Source: Podarcis pityusensis (lineage: Eukaryota). Taken from it: 64,000 bases of DNA. This document shows positions 51,309-63,310 of this stretch, piece by piece. The stretch is from the NCBI GenBank assembly GCA_964106645.2, contig OZ067044.1; one strand, written 5' to 3'. The number at the start of each line of letters is the position of its first letter. Positions within the stretch are counted from its first letter, which is position 1. The notes under the pieces are model-generated. The model was not told where the DNA came from, did not search any database, and saw nothing but the letters and a program-made list of their open reading frames with translations. The position numbers and the translations under genes are program-made.

Positions 51309-53321
51309 CTTATGTTCCTGAGGAAGAACTGAAAGCAGCAGAGATTGATGAAGACAGCGTGGAGGATGACGGACTACCTCTGGACATCCAGGAAACTGAC
51401 TACATGTGCAATGATGAAACGGAGATCAAAGAGGCTCAAAGTTACCAGAACTCTCCAGTCAGCACAGCAACGAATCAGGACGCAGGTTATGGGTTGCCAT
51501 TCAGCGAAAACAGTGACCAGCTGGCTCATTTCAAAAGCACTTCCTCCAAAGAAGAGAGAGAAGATCACCAATGCTTGGACAATGCTTCCTATCCACAGGA
51601 CAGCTTGGCACAAATAAAAGCTGTCTATGCAAATTTACTATCGGAGTCTTGCTGGTCTAGTTTAGCTTTGGATTTAAAAAAATCAAAGAGTAATGAAAAC
51701 AGCCAGAAGGAAAATACCACTAATAGCAACTCTACTATCACTACCCCAAGTACCAATACTAGTACTAGTACCAGTACTAGTACCAGTACCAACACTAGTA
51801 TCACTACAAGTATCAGTAGTACTAGTAACAGTAACAATAACAGTGGTGGCTCAGGTTATGACTGGCATCAAGCGGCATTAGCCAAAACTCTGCAGCAGAC
51901 CTCATACGGACTTCTCCCAGAACCTAGTCTATTCAGCACAGTGCAGCTTTACCGGCAAAACAATAAACTGTATGGTTCTGTGTTCACTGGTGCCAGTAAG
52001 TTCCGGTGCAAAGACTGCAGTGCAGCATATGACACACTAGTGGAGCTAACAGTGCACATGAATGAAACTGGACATTATCGGGATGACAACCGAGATAAAG
52101 AAGCTGAAAAGACCAAACGGTGGTCAAAGCCCAGAAAGCGATCGCTTATGGAAATGGAAGGCAAAGAGGACGCCCAGAAAGTGCTCAAGTGCATGTACTG
52201 CGGCCATTCGTTTGAATCTTTGCAAGACTTGAGTGTCCACATGATAAAAACAAAGCATTACCAGAAAGTGCCTCTGAAGGAACCAGTACCAGCCATCACC
52301 AAACTGGTGCCTTCTACCAAAAAGCGAGCACTTCAAGACTTAGCTTCACCTTGCTCACCTGAGCCGACGGCCATCACTTCGGAGAGCACACTTAGCGAGG
52401 CAGGGAAGGACCAGAAAACTGCCAACCCCTATGTGACTCCAAACAACCGCTATGGCTATCAAAATGGTGCTAGCTACACTTGGCAGTTTGAGGCCCGCAA
52501 AGCCCAGATCCTAAAATGCATGGAGTGCGGCAGTTCTCACGACACTTTGCAGCAGCTGACTGCTCACATGATGGTCACGGGACATTTTTTGAAAGTAACT
52601 AATTCTGCTTCCAAAAAGGGGAAACAGCTAGTATTGGATCCTGTGGTAGAAGAAAAGATCCAGTCCATACCTTTGCCTCCCACCACACACACGAGATTAC
52701 CAGCTGCAAATATTAAAAAGCAGCCCGATTCTCCGGCCGAATCTACAACTTCTGAGGAGAAGAAGGACATGGAAAAGGAAAAGGTGATCGTTAGTGAAAC
52801 AGACAAAAAGATTAAAGAAGAGAATGAGGACTCTGCGGAAAAATTTGAGCCAACGGCTGTGTATCAGTACCTCAGAGAGGAAGATCTAGATGAAAGCCCT
52901 AAAGGTGGGATAGATATATTAAAATCCCTGGAAAATACAGTGACAACAGCTATAAGCAAGGCCCAGAATGGAGCACCTTCGTGGGGAGGCTATCCAAGCA
53001 TTCATGCAGCTTACCAGCTTCCGGGGACTGTTAAGCCCATTCAGCCAGCTGTGCAGAGTGTTCAGATGCAGCCATCGTACGCCAGCAGCGTAAAATCCTT
53101 GTCTTCGGAACACAGTGCACTGATCCATTCGCCAGGGAACCTGACGCCACCACCTCACAAAAGCAATGTCTCTGCAATGGAGGAGCTAGTGGAGAAGGTC
53201 ACGGGCAAAATCAATATAAAAAAAGAAGAAAAGCCTGCAGAGAAAGAGAAATGTTCTCCAGTCAAGCCATTGTCACCTGCTGCTAAGGAGAACAAAGACT
53301 TTCCAAAATCAGAGGAAACCA

Positions 53322-53355
<34 letters not shown>

Positions 53356-54526
53356 GCAGCAGCAAAAAAAGGGCCCTGAAACAGAAGTGCAGAAGGTCAA
53401 GAAGGACAGTCCAGCAGATCCTCATGCACTTAACGGTACCGAGCTACCTAAAGCAAAAGTCACAAACGGCTGTAATAACTTGGGCATCATCACAGACCAT
53501 TCAGCTGAGCCATCATTCATCAATCCACTGAGTGCTTTACAATCCATCATGAATACCCATTTAGGCAAAGTTTCCAACCCTGTAAGTCCTTCTTTGGACC
53601 CTTTGGCTATGTTATATAAAATTAGCAACAGTATGCTGGACAAACCCATTTACTCGACGACTCCGGCCAAGCAAGCTGATGCTATCGACCGGTATTATTA
53701 CGAGAACAGCGATCAGCCTATTGATTTAACGAAGTCCAAAAACAAGCCCCTGGTTTCCAGCGTGACTGATTCGGTCTCATCTCCTCTGAGGGAAAGTGCC
53801 CTGATGGATATTTCCGACATGGTAAAGAACCTCACAGGGCGCTTGACCCCCAAGTCTTCAACACCGTCTTCCGTGTCAGAGAAATCTGACGCGGATGGGA
53901 GTAGCTTTGAGGAGACGCTGGACGAACTGTCACCAGTACACAAGAGGAAAGGTAGGCAGTCCAACTGGAACCCTCAGCATCTTCTAATCCTTCAAGCCCA
54001 GTTTGCTTCTAGCTTGAGGGAGACTCCTGAAGGCAAGTACATTATGTCGGACCTAGGCCCACAGGAGCGGGTACATATCTCTAAGTTTACTGGTCTTTCC
54101 ATGACCACAATTAGCCACTGGCTGGCCAATGTGAAGTATCAATTAAGGAGGACAGGTGGAACTAAGTTTTTAAAGAATTTGGACACAGGTCACCCTGTTT
54201 TCTTTTGCAATGATTGTGCCTCTCAGTTCAGAACTGCTTCTACGTACATAAGTCACTTGGAGACACATTTAGGGTTCAGTTTGAAGGACCTGTCCAAATT
54301 GCCACTAAATCAGATTCAAGAACAGCAGAATGTTTCAAAAGTCCTCACAAATAAGACTTTAGGCTCACTTGGAATTGCTGAGGAGGACTCAGGCTCCACA
54401 TTCCAGTGTAAGCTCTGTAACCGAACTTTTGCAAGCAAGCATGCAGTGAAACTGCACCTTAGTAAAACACATGGCAAGTCCCCTGAGGACCATCTGATCT
54501 ATGTAACTGAGTTAGAAAAACATTAG
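51309..54526 (+). CDS. TSHZ1: Teashirt homolog 1, large terminal coding exon (exon 2); N-terminal ~13 aa exon lies upstream of the window
   Basis: 1055-aa open frame. It extends 5' in frame to the acceptor ttttctAG|CT TAT GTT CCT GAG GAA ((A)YVPEEELKAAEIDE, the start of TSHZ exon 2, phase-1 intron). It contains C2H2 fingers (CKDC..HMNETGH, CMYC..HMIKTKH, CMEC..HMMVTGH, CNDC..HLETH, CKLC..HLSKTH), a PIDLT CtBP motif and an atypical homeodomain (KRKGRQSNWNPQHLLILQAQF...HWLANVKYQLRR). The sequence matches my recollection of TSHZ1 rather than TSHZ2/3. Confidence 0.97.
51716..51843 (+). repeat. Coding low-complexity Ser/Thr/Asn tract built from AGTAC(T/C) hexamers
   Basis: agtaccaatactagtactagtaccagtactagtaccagtacc... 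encoding STNTSTSTSTSTSTNTS. Confidence 0.9.
53324..53365 (+). repeat. Coding trinucleotide repeat (CAG)4 CAA (CAG)8 CAA = polyQ14
   Basis: Read directly from the sequence, in frame in TSHZ1. Confidence 0.98.
53717..53731 (+). other. CtBP-binding PxDL(S/T) motif (PIDLT)
   Basis: cct att gat tta acg in frame; established teashirt co-repressor motif. Confidence 0.85.
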
Positions 54527-55880
54527 CGTCCAGGTAAGCAGCCAGGTATGCAAGTGACCACAGGAACATTGCACTAAACTTCTTCATAGTACTGCACTAG
54601 GCCTGATCTGAGCCTCTGAAATCAGTCTTACTTTTGTTGCTGAACTGCCTATCTGGACCTTGGTTTTTCTTACATACATTTTGTAGTTATATTTATATGC
54701 TCTTTGTCTGATCTGTGCATGTTTTTTTTAAAGCTTTCTTTTCTTTTTCTGTGAGTCAAAGTCTGACCTTTATTTTCAACATCTGTCCTTGATGTTAAGC
54801 TATCTTTTGTAGAATATAGTGGGAGACACTATTGAGAGACGTTAATTTAGCCGTAAAGAAAGACACAAAGAACAATAACAAAAAGACATCCTAAAATTAC
54901 AAAGTTGCCATGACAATAAAGGTCACAGAACCCCGTAGTGTCAGTTTTTTTTAACCCTCTGAGGACTGTAATAGCATTGTTGTGCCTTTCCCAAAAGAAG
55001 GTTTTGTGTTTTAATTTTAAAAAAGGCATTTCATATTAACAAAACTGTGTTAAAATGTCAAAAAAAGCCCTTTTAAAAATTGCAGTCTGATTTGCAGAGA
55101 AAAGATGCATGCAGTTCTTTGACGATGATGAAAAGCTATGAAGTGCTCAAGGGGTTAGAAAACCACAGTCGTGTTTAAGAAAATAAAAATAATAAACCAA
55201 GTTGCCACTATGCCCAAATCCTCTGGATGCTGAAAATTGCCACTTGGCTGGCAAAAAAAAGTATGCAAGTTATTTTTAAAAAATGTACAAATGCTTTCCC
55301 CCCCCTTTTCTTTTTTCCCCTGTAAGATACTGCAGTTTATAGTTATTTACAAATGTAAGCTTTGGTACAAGCTGACCTTTCTATAGTGTGCTGCATTGGT
55401 ACATTTAAAACAAAACAGAAAAAAGTGGGGCAAGTGTTGGATTCAGTTCCTTGTAAATTGCCAGCATCAGCTTAGGGGAAAAAAAAGTACATGTTACATA
55501 TCGTACCATTTTAAACTGTTCAACTTCCTTTGTACCTTCTGGCTGTATGCTTTTCTCTTTTAACTTTTTATATTGTCATTTTATATTCAATTTCTGTGTA
55601 TATAATGTAAAACCACACTTTTTTTGAATAAAATTTAGTTCCTGCAGCTTGAGTTAAATAGAGAAATTTTACTGGCACCTGCATCTTCCCAGATGCATGT
55701 ACTCAAAGGAACTATCTGACAAAATAAATAAATAAATAAAAATAAAGCAAGCAATGCACTATGAATTATACATTTTGATGTTTTATCATTAATATTGTAC
55801 AGTAAATTTTTTTTTTTGGTTCACACAATTAAATCCACTGTTTTCTCAAGTGTAAAATAAACCCACATGCAGTTCTTGAT
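54527..55880 (+). other. TSHZ1: TSHZ1 3'UTR (end approximate)
   Basis: AU-rich, TE-free sequence after the TAG. AATAAA at 55627-55632, a cluster at 55723-55746, and 55856-55861, the last followed by a U/GU-rich stretch. Confidence 0.7.
55856..55861 (+). terminator. Candidate distal polyadenylation signal AATAAA
   Basis: tgtaaAATAAAcccacatgcagttcttgatttatgtatattgtgatg: upstream UGUA, downstream U/GU-rich element. Confidence 0.55.
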
Positions 55881-56621
55881 TTATGTATATTGTGATGTCG
55901 TCATTACTTTGCCTTTGAGGTCTTCATTTCAACAGCGAAGAGGTTTCAACCTGAAGTATGTTTGGAGTCGTTTGTGTATTCTAATATGCTGCGTTCTGTT
56001 GCCTATGTATTAGTGATACCTCAGAATGTTATTGCAATGGTTTACAGATGCCCATGGATGCAAACTTGTGACTTTACCGGTTAGGAATGAGTGGTGTGTC
56101 CATCCCTGAAATGTAAGACCTTTTTAAACACTGCCCTGCCGCAAGCTGTATATAAACTCATAATCGGTACCCAGCTGTCTGTTGTCAGGAGGACCCACAG
56201 GTGGTTTGAGAAGCCAAAGCAGGCAGATCATATTATAACTGTTGCCACCATGTTGGACTCCATCTTAGGCTGACCAAACCAAACAGCCACTAGAACACTT
56301 TCTCCTGATGAGATGCTCATTTTATCATTATCCATGAGTACTGCAATGTGGCTGGGGAAGTGAATGAGCCATTTCTTAATAAGATACACATTTCTGGCCA
56401 ACCACATTCTCATGCCTTTTTACTAAAGTGCAAATCAAAAGTGAAAGTGGGATCCCATTGGGATTCAGAGATGGGCCTTTGTTCTGGACCAAGTCTGGAC
56501 CAGTTGAAGACCACTGCCATAGAGTGGCAGTGGAATTAGGGATCATGCCAATGTCAAACCCTAAGAATATGAAAGGAATGTGAAAGGAGTAAATGTATTG
56601 GGCTATAAGAATATGAAAAAG

Positions 56622-56703
56622 TGACTCACCTTCATTGCAGGTTTTTAAGCAGAGGTTGAATGGCCATCTGCCAGGGATTCTTTAGCTGTGATTCTTGCAT
56701 TGT
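56622..56703 (+). mobile_element. CR1 LINE 3' fragment
   Basis: ccttcattgcaggtttttaagcagaggttgaatggccatctg, homologous to 3830-3905. Confidence 0.7.
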
Positions 56704-56704
56704 C

Positions 56705-57880
56705 TGTCAGAGATGCATTCACCAGCTCTGAAGTCCAAATGTTGAGCTCAGATTTTAATACCTGGGAAGGGTCAGGATGCATGGAGCAAATGGTGGAGCT
56801 CAAAACTCCAGGAAGCTTGTCCACATCCTCAGGCTACACAAATGGAACCGTGTCTAATAAATCATGACAACATGGTGTCCTGGCCACACCCGTCTCTTGA
56901 TTCTGCCAAAACCACATCATCCAAATTGGTATGAATGCGAGTGGTTTTTCTCTGCAAAATTAATCTAAATTGGTCACAGCAACCTTTTGAGTCCTCTGAC
57001 CTCTTATCACCTGTTCTCCCAAGCCTTGCTACCCAGAAAAGCTCCACTGGCCGACATTGTGTAGAAGCAATTGTGGAAAAGTAAGATTTCTTTGCTACCA
57101 TCTCCGCTGCAGAGTAAGTCCTAAATCTGTTTCTTACCCATGTCCGTGAAAAGGTTTAACTTTGTCAGACAAAGATCTGCTCATGACAATGGAGAATGTC
57201 ATTGGCTCCCCCAGTCACAGATCAATATAGTCCTAAACCAGAACATGAAATAAGATCTAAAGTGTGTCCTGTCACATGTGTTGGACTGTATGTCATTTGA
57301 CACATATCCATGGTTGTTATAGCAGCCATAAAATCCCAAGCCAAGCCATTTATGTTACAGGCTCCGAAAGACCATATGTTTTGGGGTCCTCAACACCACT
57401 GCCAGCCCAGATAGGCAGCAGTATAGATAATGCAATAACAGAAACTCAATCCTGTCTTGAGTCCCCAGGAACAGCTACAGACCCCTTACAAGTGGCTGAT
57501 CAGGTGTCTTGCCAGGAAGATGGAATCTGTAAAGACCCATCTTTACAGATACTGCACCCATCCCCACCCCTCAAATTGCTTGGTGTTGTGTGTCTGATAC
57601 CTGGTGGATACACAGGGGAGATATTTACATCTCACTCTTCATTCCATGAAGTCTTAATGCTAGAAACACAGTCGGCATACTCATCCTAGATCAGATCAAG
57701 GATTGTTAACACCTTTCCCTTACACAACATGGTGCTTGCAAGCAGCACTTTCAGACCCAAGGGAGCTGTAGTTAAGCCAGCAGATTTCCTAAGGTTGAGC
57801 AACAGTGGAGATGGCACAAAGATGTCTGACTTGCCTCCCGTCCATTTGTCACCTCGGCCTCTCACTGCCATAGCAACTTC
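56705..57880 (-). mobile_element. Degenerate L2-type LINE ORF2 5' part (endonuclease and linker)
   Basis: Minus-strand peptides GLKVLL..., LDLI*DEYAD, YPPG, AKKSYFSTIASTQCRPVELF, PEDVDK, LVNASL, in collinear order with stops and frameshifts. Confidence 0.7.
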
Positions 57881-58997
57881 TGTCCTTCGTGGTGGTCTTT
57901 CCTGACTCCCTGTTCATTTCTCACCCTTAAACTCCATTATCTTAACATCCCTTAACACGAAAACATGCCTAATACTGCTGGTGAAACACACCCATATTAT
58001 TAACAATAATTAACAATAACAAGAGCAAAATGAGAAGTAACTCCCAGTCTACTTATTTCAATGATTCTTCAGTAGCTGAAAGCCCTTTAGTGGTTGAAAG
58101 CCCTTACACCATACTTCAATGCTTGTTCATGCAATGCATTTGAAAAAATGATGCATAACATTTCCTAAAGGTAAATTAACAGCAGAATTTCACTAGAGTA
58201 AAGTAGGCCCCAAGCTTTGTACACTTTTCTTGCAGAGTAGGGATGCATAGCTTGGCATAGTGTAGAATTATTTAATATCTGCAAAGATTTAAAAAAACCC
58301 CTAAACTCTGTCCCTGATTGTTCTGGCTGTGTGTTTTGTAAGTAATTCTGTTAGATAAAAAATATTTTCTAGAGCCTATCCTGTAAGTAGGTTTCCACAC
58401 AAATGTAAGATTTTGCTTGTGGATCCATTTTTGAACATTCACACAAACCATTCTGGCGCATTGTTTCTGCATATAAATTTTCATGAGATGACTTCACACA
58501 TTATCCCATGAATGCCAAATGTTTTTTTCTGGGAGAGGCACAAAAAGTTAGAGAGCTGTGTAAGGCTTCTGAATTTACACGAGCCCCTATTTGTGCTTTG
58601 AAAACACAGGTAGCAAAGCACCCCCCAAACAGCCACTGGAAATCCTAATGCCTTTTCTGTTATAGAAATCAGCAGTGGGACCACAGTACAGGAGCAGGTG
58701 GTTTAAACCACGAACCTGTGGCCCTCTAGATATTGCTGGTCTATAACTTCCATCATCCCTGATCATTGGCCATGCTGGCTGGGGCTGGTGGGAATTTGTC
58801 TTGTTGAAAATTCCACTCCCAGGTGACTGTTTGCCTCAACTAGGAAAAGTTGCATGCATATCGGGGCAAAGGGCAGCTTTTGGTAGGACAAATTTAAGCA
58901 GAAAAGGGTTAAGCTCACCTGTGTCACAATCCAAATTTAGAAGCCAAGGTTTGCCCTTGGCTTTAGATTGTGGTTAAGGAGGAAAGGGCTTGATCAT

Positions 58998-59350
58998 AAT
59001 AATATTATAGTAATAATTTATTTATACCCCGCCCATCTGGCTGGGTTTCCCCAGCCATTCTGGGCTGCTTCCAACAAAATATTAAAATACAATAGTTCAT
59101 CAAACATTAAAAGCTTCCCTAAACAGGGCTGCCTTCAGATGTCTTCTAAAAGTCTGGTAGTTGTTTTTCTCTTTGACATCTGGTGGGAGGGCGTTCCACA
59201 GGGCGGGTGCCACTACCGAGAAGGCCCTCTGCCTGGTTCCCTGTAACTTGGCTTCTTGCAGCGAGGGAACCGCCAGAAGGCCCTCAACGCTGGACCTCAG
59301 TGTCCGGGCAGAACGATGGGGGTGGAGACGCTTCTTCAGGTATACTGCTA
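58998..59350 (-). mobile_element. L2-type LINE 3' fragment
   Basis: Translation RTLRSS..LLAVP...RAFSVVAPALWNALP....FRRHLKAALFREAF, followed by a 3'UTR and TAA-rich tail; possible short TSD tgatcat (58991, 59351). Confidence 0.88.
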
Positions 59351-62300
59351 TGATCATGGCTTAGATGTTGTGCTTCACTAAAAAGACTGGGGAGAAAAAG
59401 TAGTTGTGAGTGCATTCCAAGCTTTGTGCTGTCCCAGGAAACCATGGTTTGGCTTACATGCAGATGGTTCTTACCTCTTGTTAGTGGCAAGAAGGAAAGA
59501 ATATAATGCACAAGCCCACAAAACAGCTGGTACTTTTTCATATTCTTATAGTCCTCTGAGGCTTTGACATTAGTTCTTACTTAGAATACAAGAAGACAGA
59601 CCTGTACTTTTTAAATATTGCATTTTGAAGTAAAGCTGAGTGCTATCACATCAGGTGTTTCCCTTAATCTTTATTTCTGTTCTATTCAATGCAGATGTCA
59701 CTTAGAATGTAAAAGTGAGCTGTCAGGGCCTTCAGTGCTCCATGCTATGAGTGCTGTGACAATTAATGCATGTGAAAGCCAGGCATCCACTATCCATTAC
59801 ATATTTTGAATGGGTATTCTGTAGGAGCACCTCTGAGAGGTTTGCTTTTCAGGTATTGCTGTCGTGACTTGGATGGATGGAGACAACCCGATTTTAAATG
59901 GATCAGCTGTCTTTTTTCTTTATAAATAGATCAGTTAGTAAATGAAAATATATGTTGCTGTAAATCAGGAATGGTGCTATTTTGGGCCTGGTTAGTGCTG
60001 AAAAAGCTTTCTCGCCAAGTATCTCCTGCTTGTTGAAAGATGTGCACCAGCAAATGTGTCTGTAGATGTTAATGAAATGCAGAGTTTCTGAAACCATGGT
60101 AGACAAATATGGATACAGGTGTGACCATGTTTAGGAACAGCATGTAATTATAATGACCAGATTTTAATTGTTTGGGAAATCATCTTGCCAGAATCAAAAG
60201 ATGAGCACAGATACTTTGGACTTTTACCAATATGTAACAGAGCATTTTTTTTTTTACCCTACAGTTCTGTATATAAGATCTTTCTGGCCATTAACAACTT
60301 CCATTTGGAGTAGAACCAACGCCTTTATGGAATTGCTCACAAATAAATGGATTGTGGCCTGCAACCCATACTTAACTGCTTAATGGCAAAACTGATTTCG
60401 CTGGTGAATGCTTGCAGCCTTAATATGCCTGTATATTTCTTTTGTAACTTGCAATTACAAAATTGTAATGTGTCCTAAGGAGTTGTTTAGGAACAGCTAA
60501 TGTGGTGCCCTCTAGATATTGCTGGAGTACAACACTCATCATTGCCAGCCAGCAGTGTCATGGATAGTGGGACTTGTAGTCCCAACAGTACCTGAGGGTG
60601 CCATGTTGCTTACTCTGTTTGGTGTTTTATCAAAATGAATGTGTGTGTGTTTAAAAACAACAACAAGAGCAACTGGAGCCAAGATCCTTCGCTTTTAAAA
60701 AGACCATGTACATTATTTAAAGTCCTATTTTCAAGCCAGCATTCTTCAGTTTTCTCTACTGATTTCAGGTTAGCCAAGCCCGTGTTGTATCTGGAAAGCA
60801 TATTCAGCTGGTGCCAGAACATGCCACAGAGGTCTTTTAAATTTCCTCCCCTACCTCCACTGGTAAATACCTATGTTCTGTAGGGGATTGAGCTATTTAG
60901 GTATTTTGTTTCACTTCAATTACCGGGTGATTATGCATTTTAGGCCCAAGGGATTATGGAAGAAGAAACAAAACTTTTGAAGTTATTACGTAAAATAAGA
61001 TTGTGCTTTGCTGCCATAGGCTTAATTCTTCTTCTTCTTTCCGTAATAGCCTTAGAAATCGTTGTTTGTTTTGCTACAGGCCTGCAAACATGATTACGGG
61101 ATATTTAGTTGTAGGTGAAGAGGTTGCCTGGGACAAATAACAGCTCTAAAGTGGGCCCTGACCTAATACAAATGGCGGGAAAGCTCCCTTGGAAATACTA
61201 GGTGTAGAGAGTGGTCTCAACGCTAGATGACCCTGCTGTCTTTGAGGCATTTCATGGCATCGCTGATGAGTTTTGTAAGATTCTGGTATTAAAATCACTT
61301 TTTTTAAAGCAGCAAGGAAGACTGTGACTGGACAATCCTTCATCCCTGTGTTTGATCAATTGCATTAAGGCAAACATTCTGAGAATACCACATGGTGAAG
61401 TATGAAAATGGCAAGGTAGGTGAAGTATGATTTCTCCCAATACCTTGGTTGTATTTTGGTTTTATTTAGCGGCACTGCACAAAGGGCTGTGCGACAGAGT
61501 TTAGAAATTCAATATTTACCCATTGAATTGGAGATCCCCACTGAGGGAATGTCTCTGCAATGTGTGTGCTTTGTATGTGTGTATGTATATTTTTTACTCT
61601 AAAGCAATTTAGGAAAGGTGGGTATTTTATTAACATCAGCTGCCATAAGTAAGTGACCTACATAACCTTTCCAAGCCACTCATAAAGAAAGGAAACTAAG
61701 TGCCTCAGGGCCTGCATACATATTGTAAGCCTCTCTTTATTCTGTTAAAACATTCAACATTTATTGTGTCTCTCTCCTTTCAAGAGCAGCGCAAGCTACC
61801 TTTTGTCTTCAATGCATCTTTCAGTGTTTACATTTTGCCAACAATAGGAACAAGAAGGATCTTGGTTTGCCCCCTTTTGTGAGTCAAATAGCTTGAATTC
61901 TATGTAGTTATTTTGTTGCGGAGGATGGTATGCTTCAGAAGTGTTCACATGTCCCTCTGAAGGGTCCTAATGCTTTATAAAAGTTGTAGTTCATTATATA
62001 TATATTAATATTTACCCATGTGAGCTCGTGGACCAAAAAAGGGCTTTCCCCAGGCACTGTGCCCTGAAATACACATTTCGCTGCACCGCACAAGATTGCG
62101 TACCCCAAAAACGCTTTTTTAAGGGCGAGACCTTGGCTCGAAATTGCTCTAGAGCAAGGTGCTCCAAATGGCCACTGTACTCTCACGGAGGGGAAACGGG
62201 ATGTCCTGATTTTCCGGGGCAGTTGGTGGGTATGTATTATGTTCTACTTTTAAAAGATTATCATCCCGATACCCTTATACACACTGTTGAGTGCAGTTAT

Positions 62301-63164
62301 GATATTGAAACCCAATAACCTATGATTTACAATTCAGAGGCCAGACTTGTGAACACATGCATCTTTCATTTTCTTCTTCTCTGAAGTGACTCCTTCCTTT
62401 CCCAGTGTTAACCATGGTTTCATGTTACATGTGCATCAGTGCAAACCATGGTTCATGTGAAAAGCAGTGACTCGTCTGTGACTAAGGTACCATTTCCCAT
62501 ATGTGCCTGCTAAACCACTGAGGCCTTTGTTCCTGTTCATAGTGCCCTCACACCTGAGATTAGTGAAGTGGTGACCAGGAACACCCACCCAGGCTATGGG
62601 ATTTTCCACAGTGTGTTTGGTATCCACTCTTTATTCAGCATCAAGTTCCAACTGTGATTTGATCAATCATTTGAGAACAAAGGGAGGTATATAAAGTGTT
62701 TTATGTTGCCTTTTTCTGCTGTTTTATAAGACATTTTAATGTTTGATTATTGTGCTTTTGTTGTTTTAATTTTTAAGGTATTTTTGTTAGCTGCCATGCA
62801 AATCTGTGGTAATATACGTATTTGAAATAAGAATTAATATTATTTGTTACCTTTCTTTACTGTCCTTCACCTGAAGATCACAGGGGAGGTTCACAACATA
62901 AAAATACGAAATGAAAGCACAGATTGCATAATAAAACAAAACCGAAAGTAAAACAAACCACGCGAATAAAAGTCAGTAAGTGATGTCCCGTGCAAATTTA
63001 CAGGTATGATTTTGTCTGCACGGAAAATTCCTCTTATGCTCCCCATTCTCTTCTCTCTCCCCACTCACATATAGACTCAATCCACACTTGCATTATACAT
63101 ACACACTCATCTGTATTCCCTATATGAACCTGCCTGGGTTTTTTAATCTTTGGGAGAGTCCTTC

Positions 63165-63310
63165 ATTTGGTTCTGCCACCCTCACAGGCATGCTTGGTAG
63201 GGACATGCGAGAGGGCCTTAGTGGTGGCCGCTCCCAGAATTTGGAGCTCCTTTCCTAGAGAAGCTCCCTCCTTCTTGTCCTTCTTGTTTCAACAGGCTTT
63301 TTTTTGGGGG
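63165..63310 (+). mobile_element. L2-type LINE 3' fragment
   Basis: Translation LVGTCERALVVAAPRIWSSFPREAPS. Confidence 0.6.

Noticed and set aside
53155-53400. Antisense poly-Cys ORF and other minus-strand ORFs over the TSHZ1 exon (e.g. poly-VL at 51625-51837)
   Set aside because: Shadow frames of the CAG and AGTACT repeats; no independent support
57264-57689. 141-aa + strand ORF downstream of TSHZ1
   Set aside because: Antisense to a decayed L2 endonuclease region; chance open frame
61263-61300. CTGATGAG hammerhead-like start (also at ~39893 and ~56306)
   Set aside because: No stem II followed by GAAA and no cleavage-site/stem I pairing
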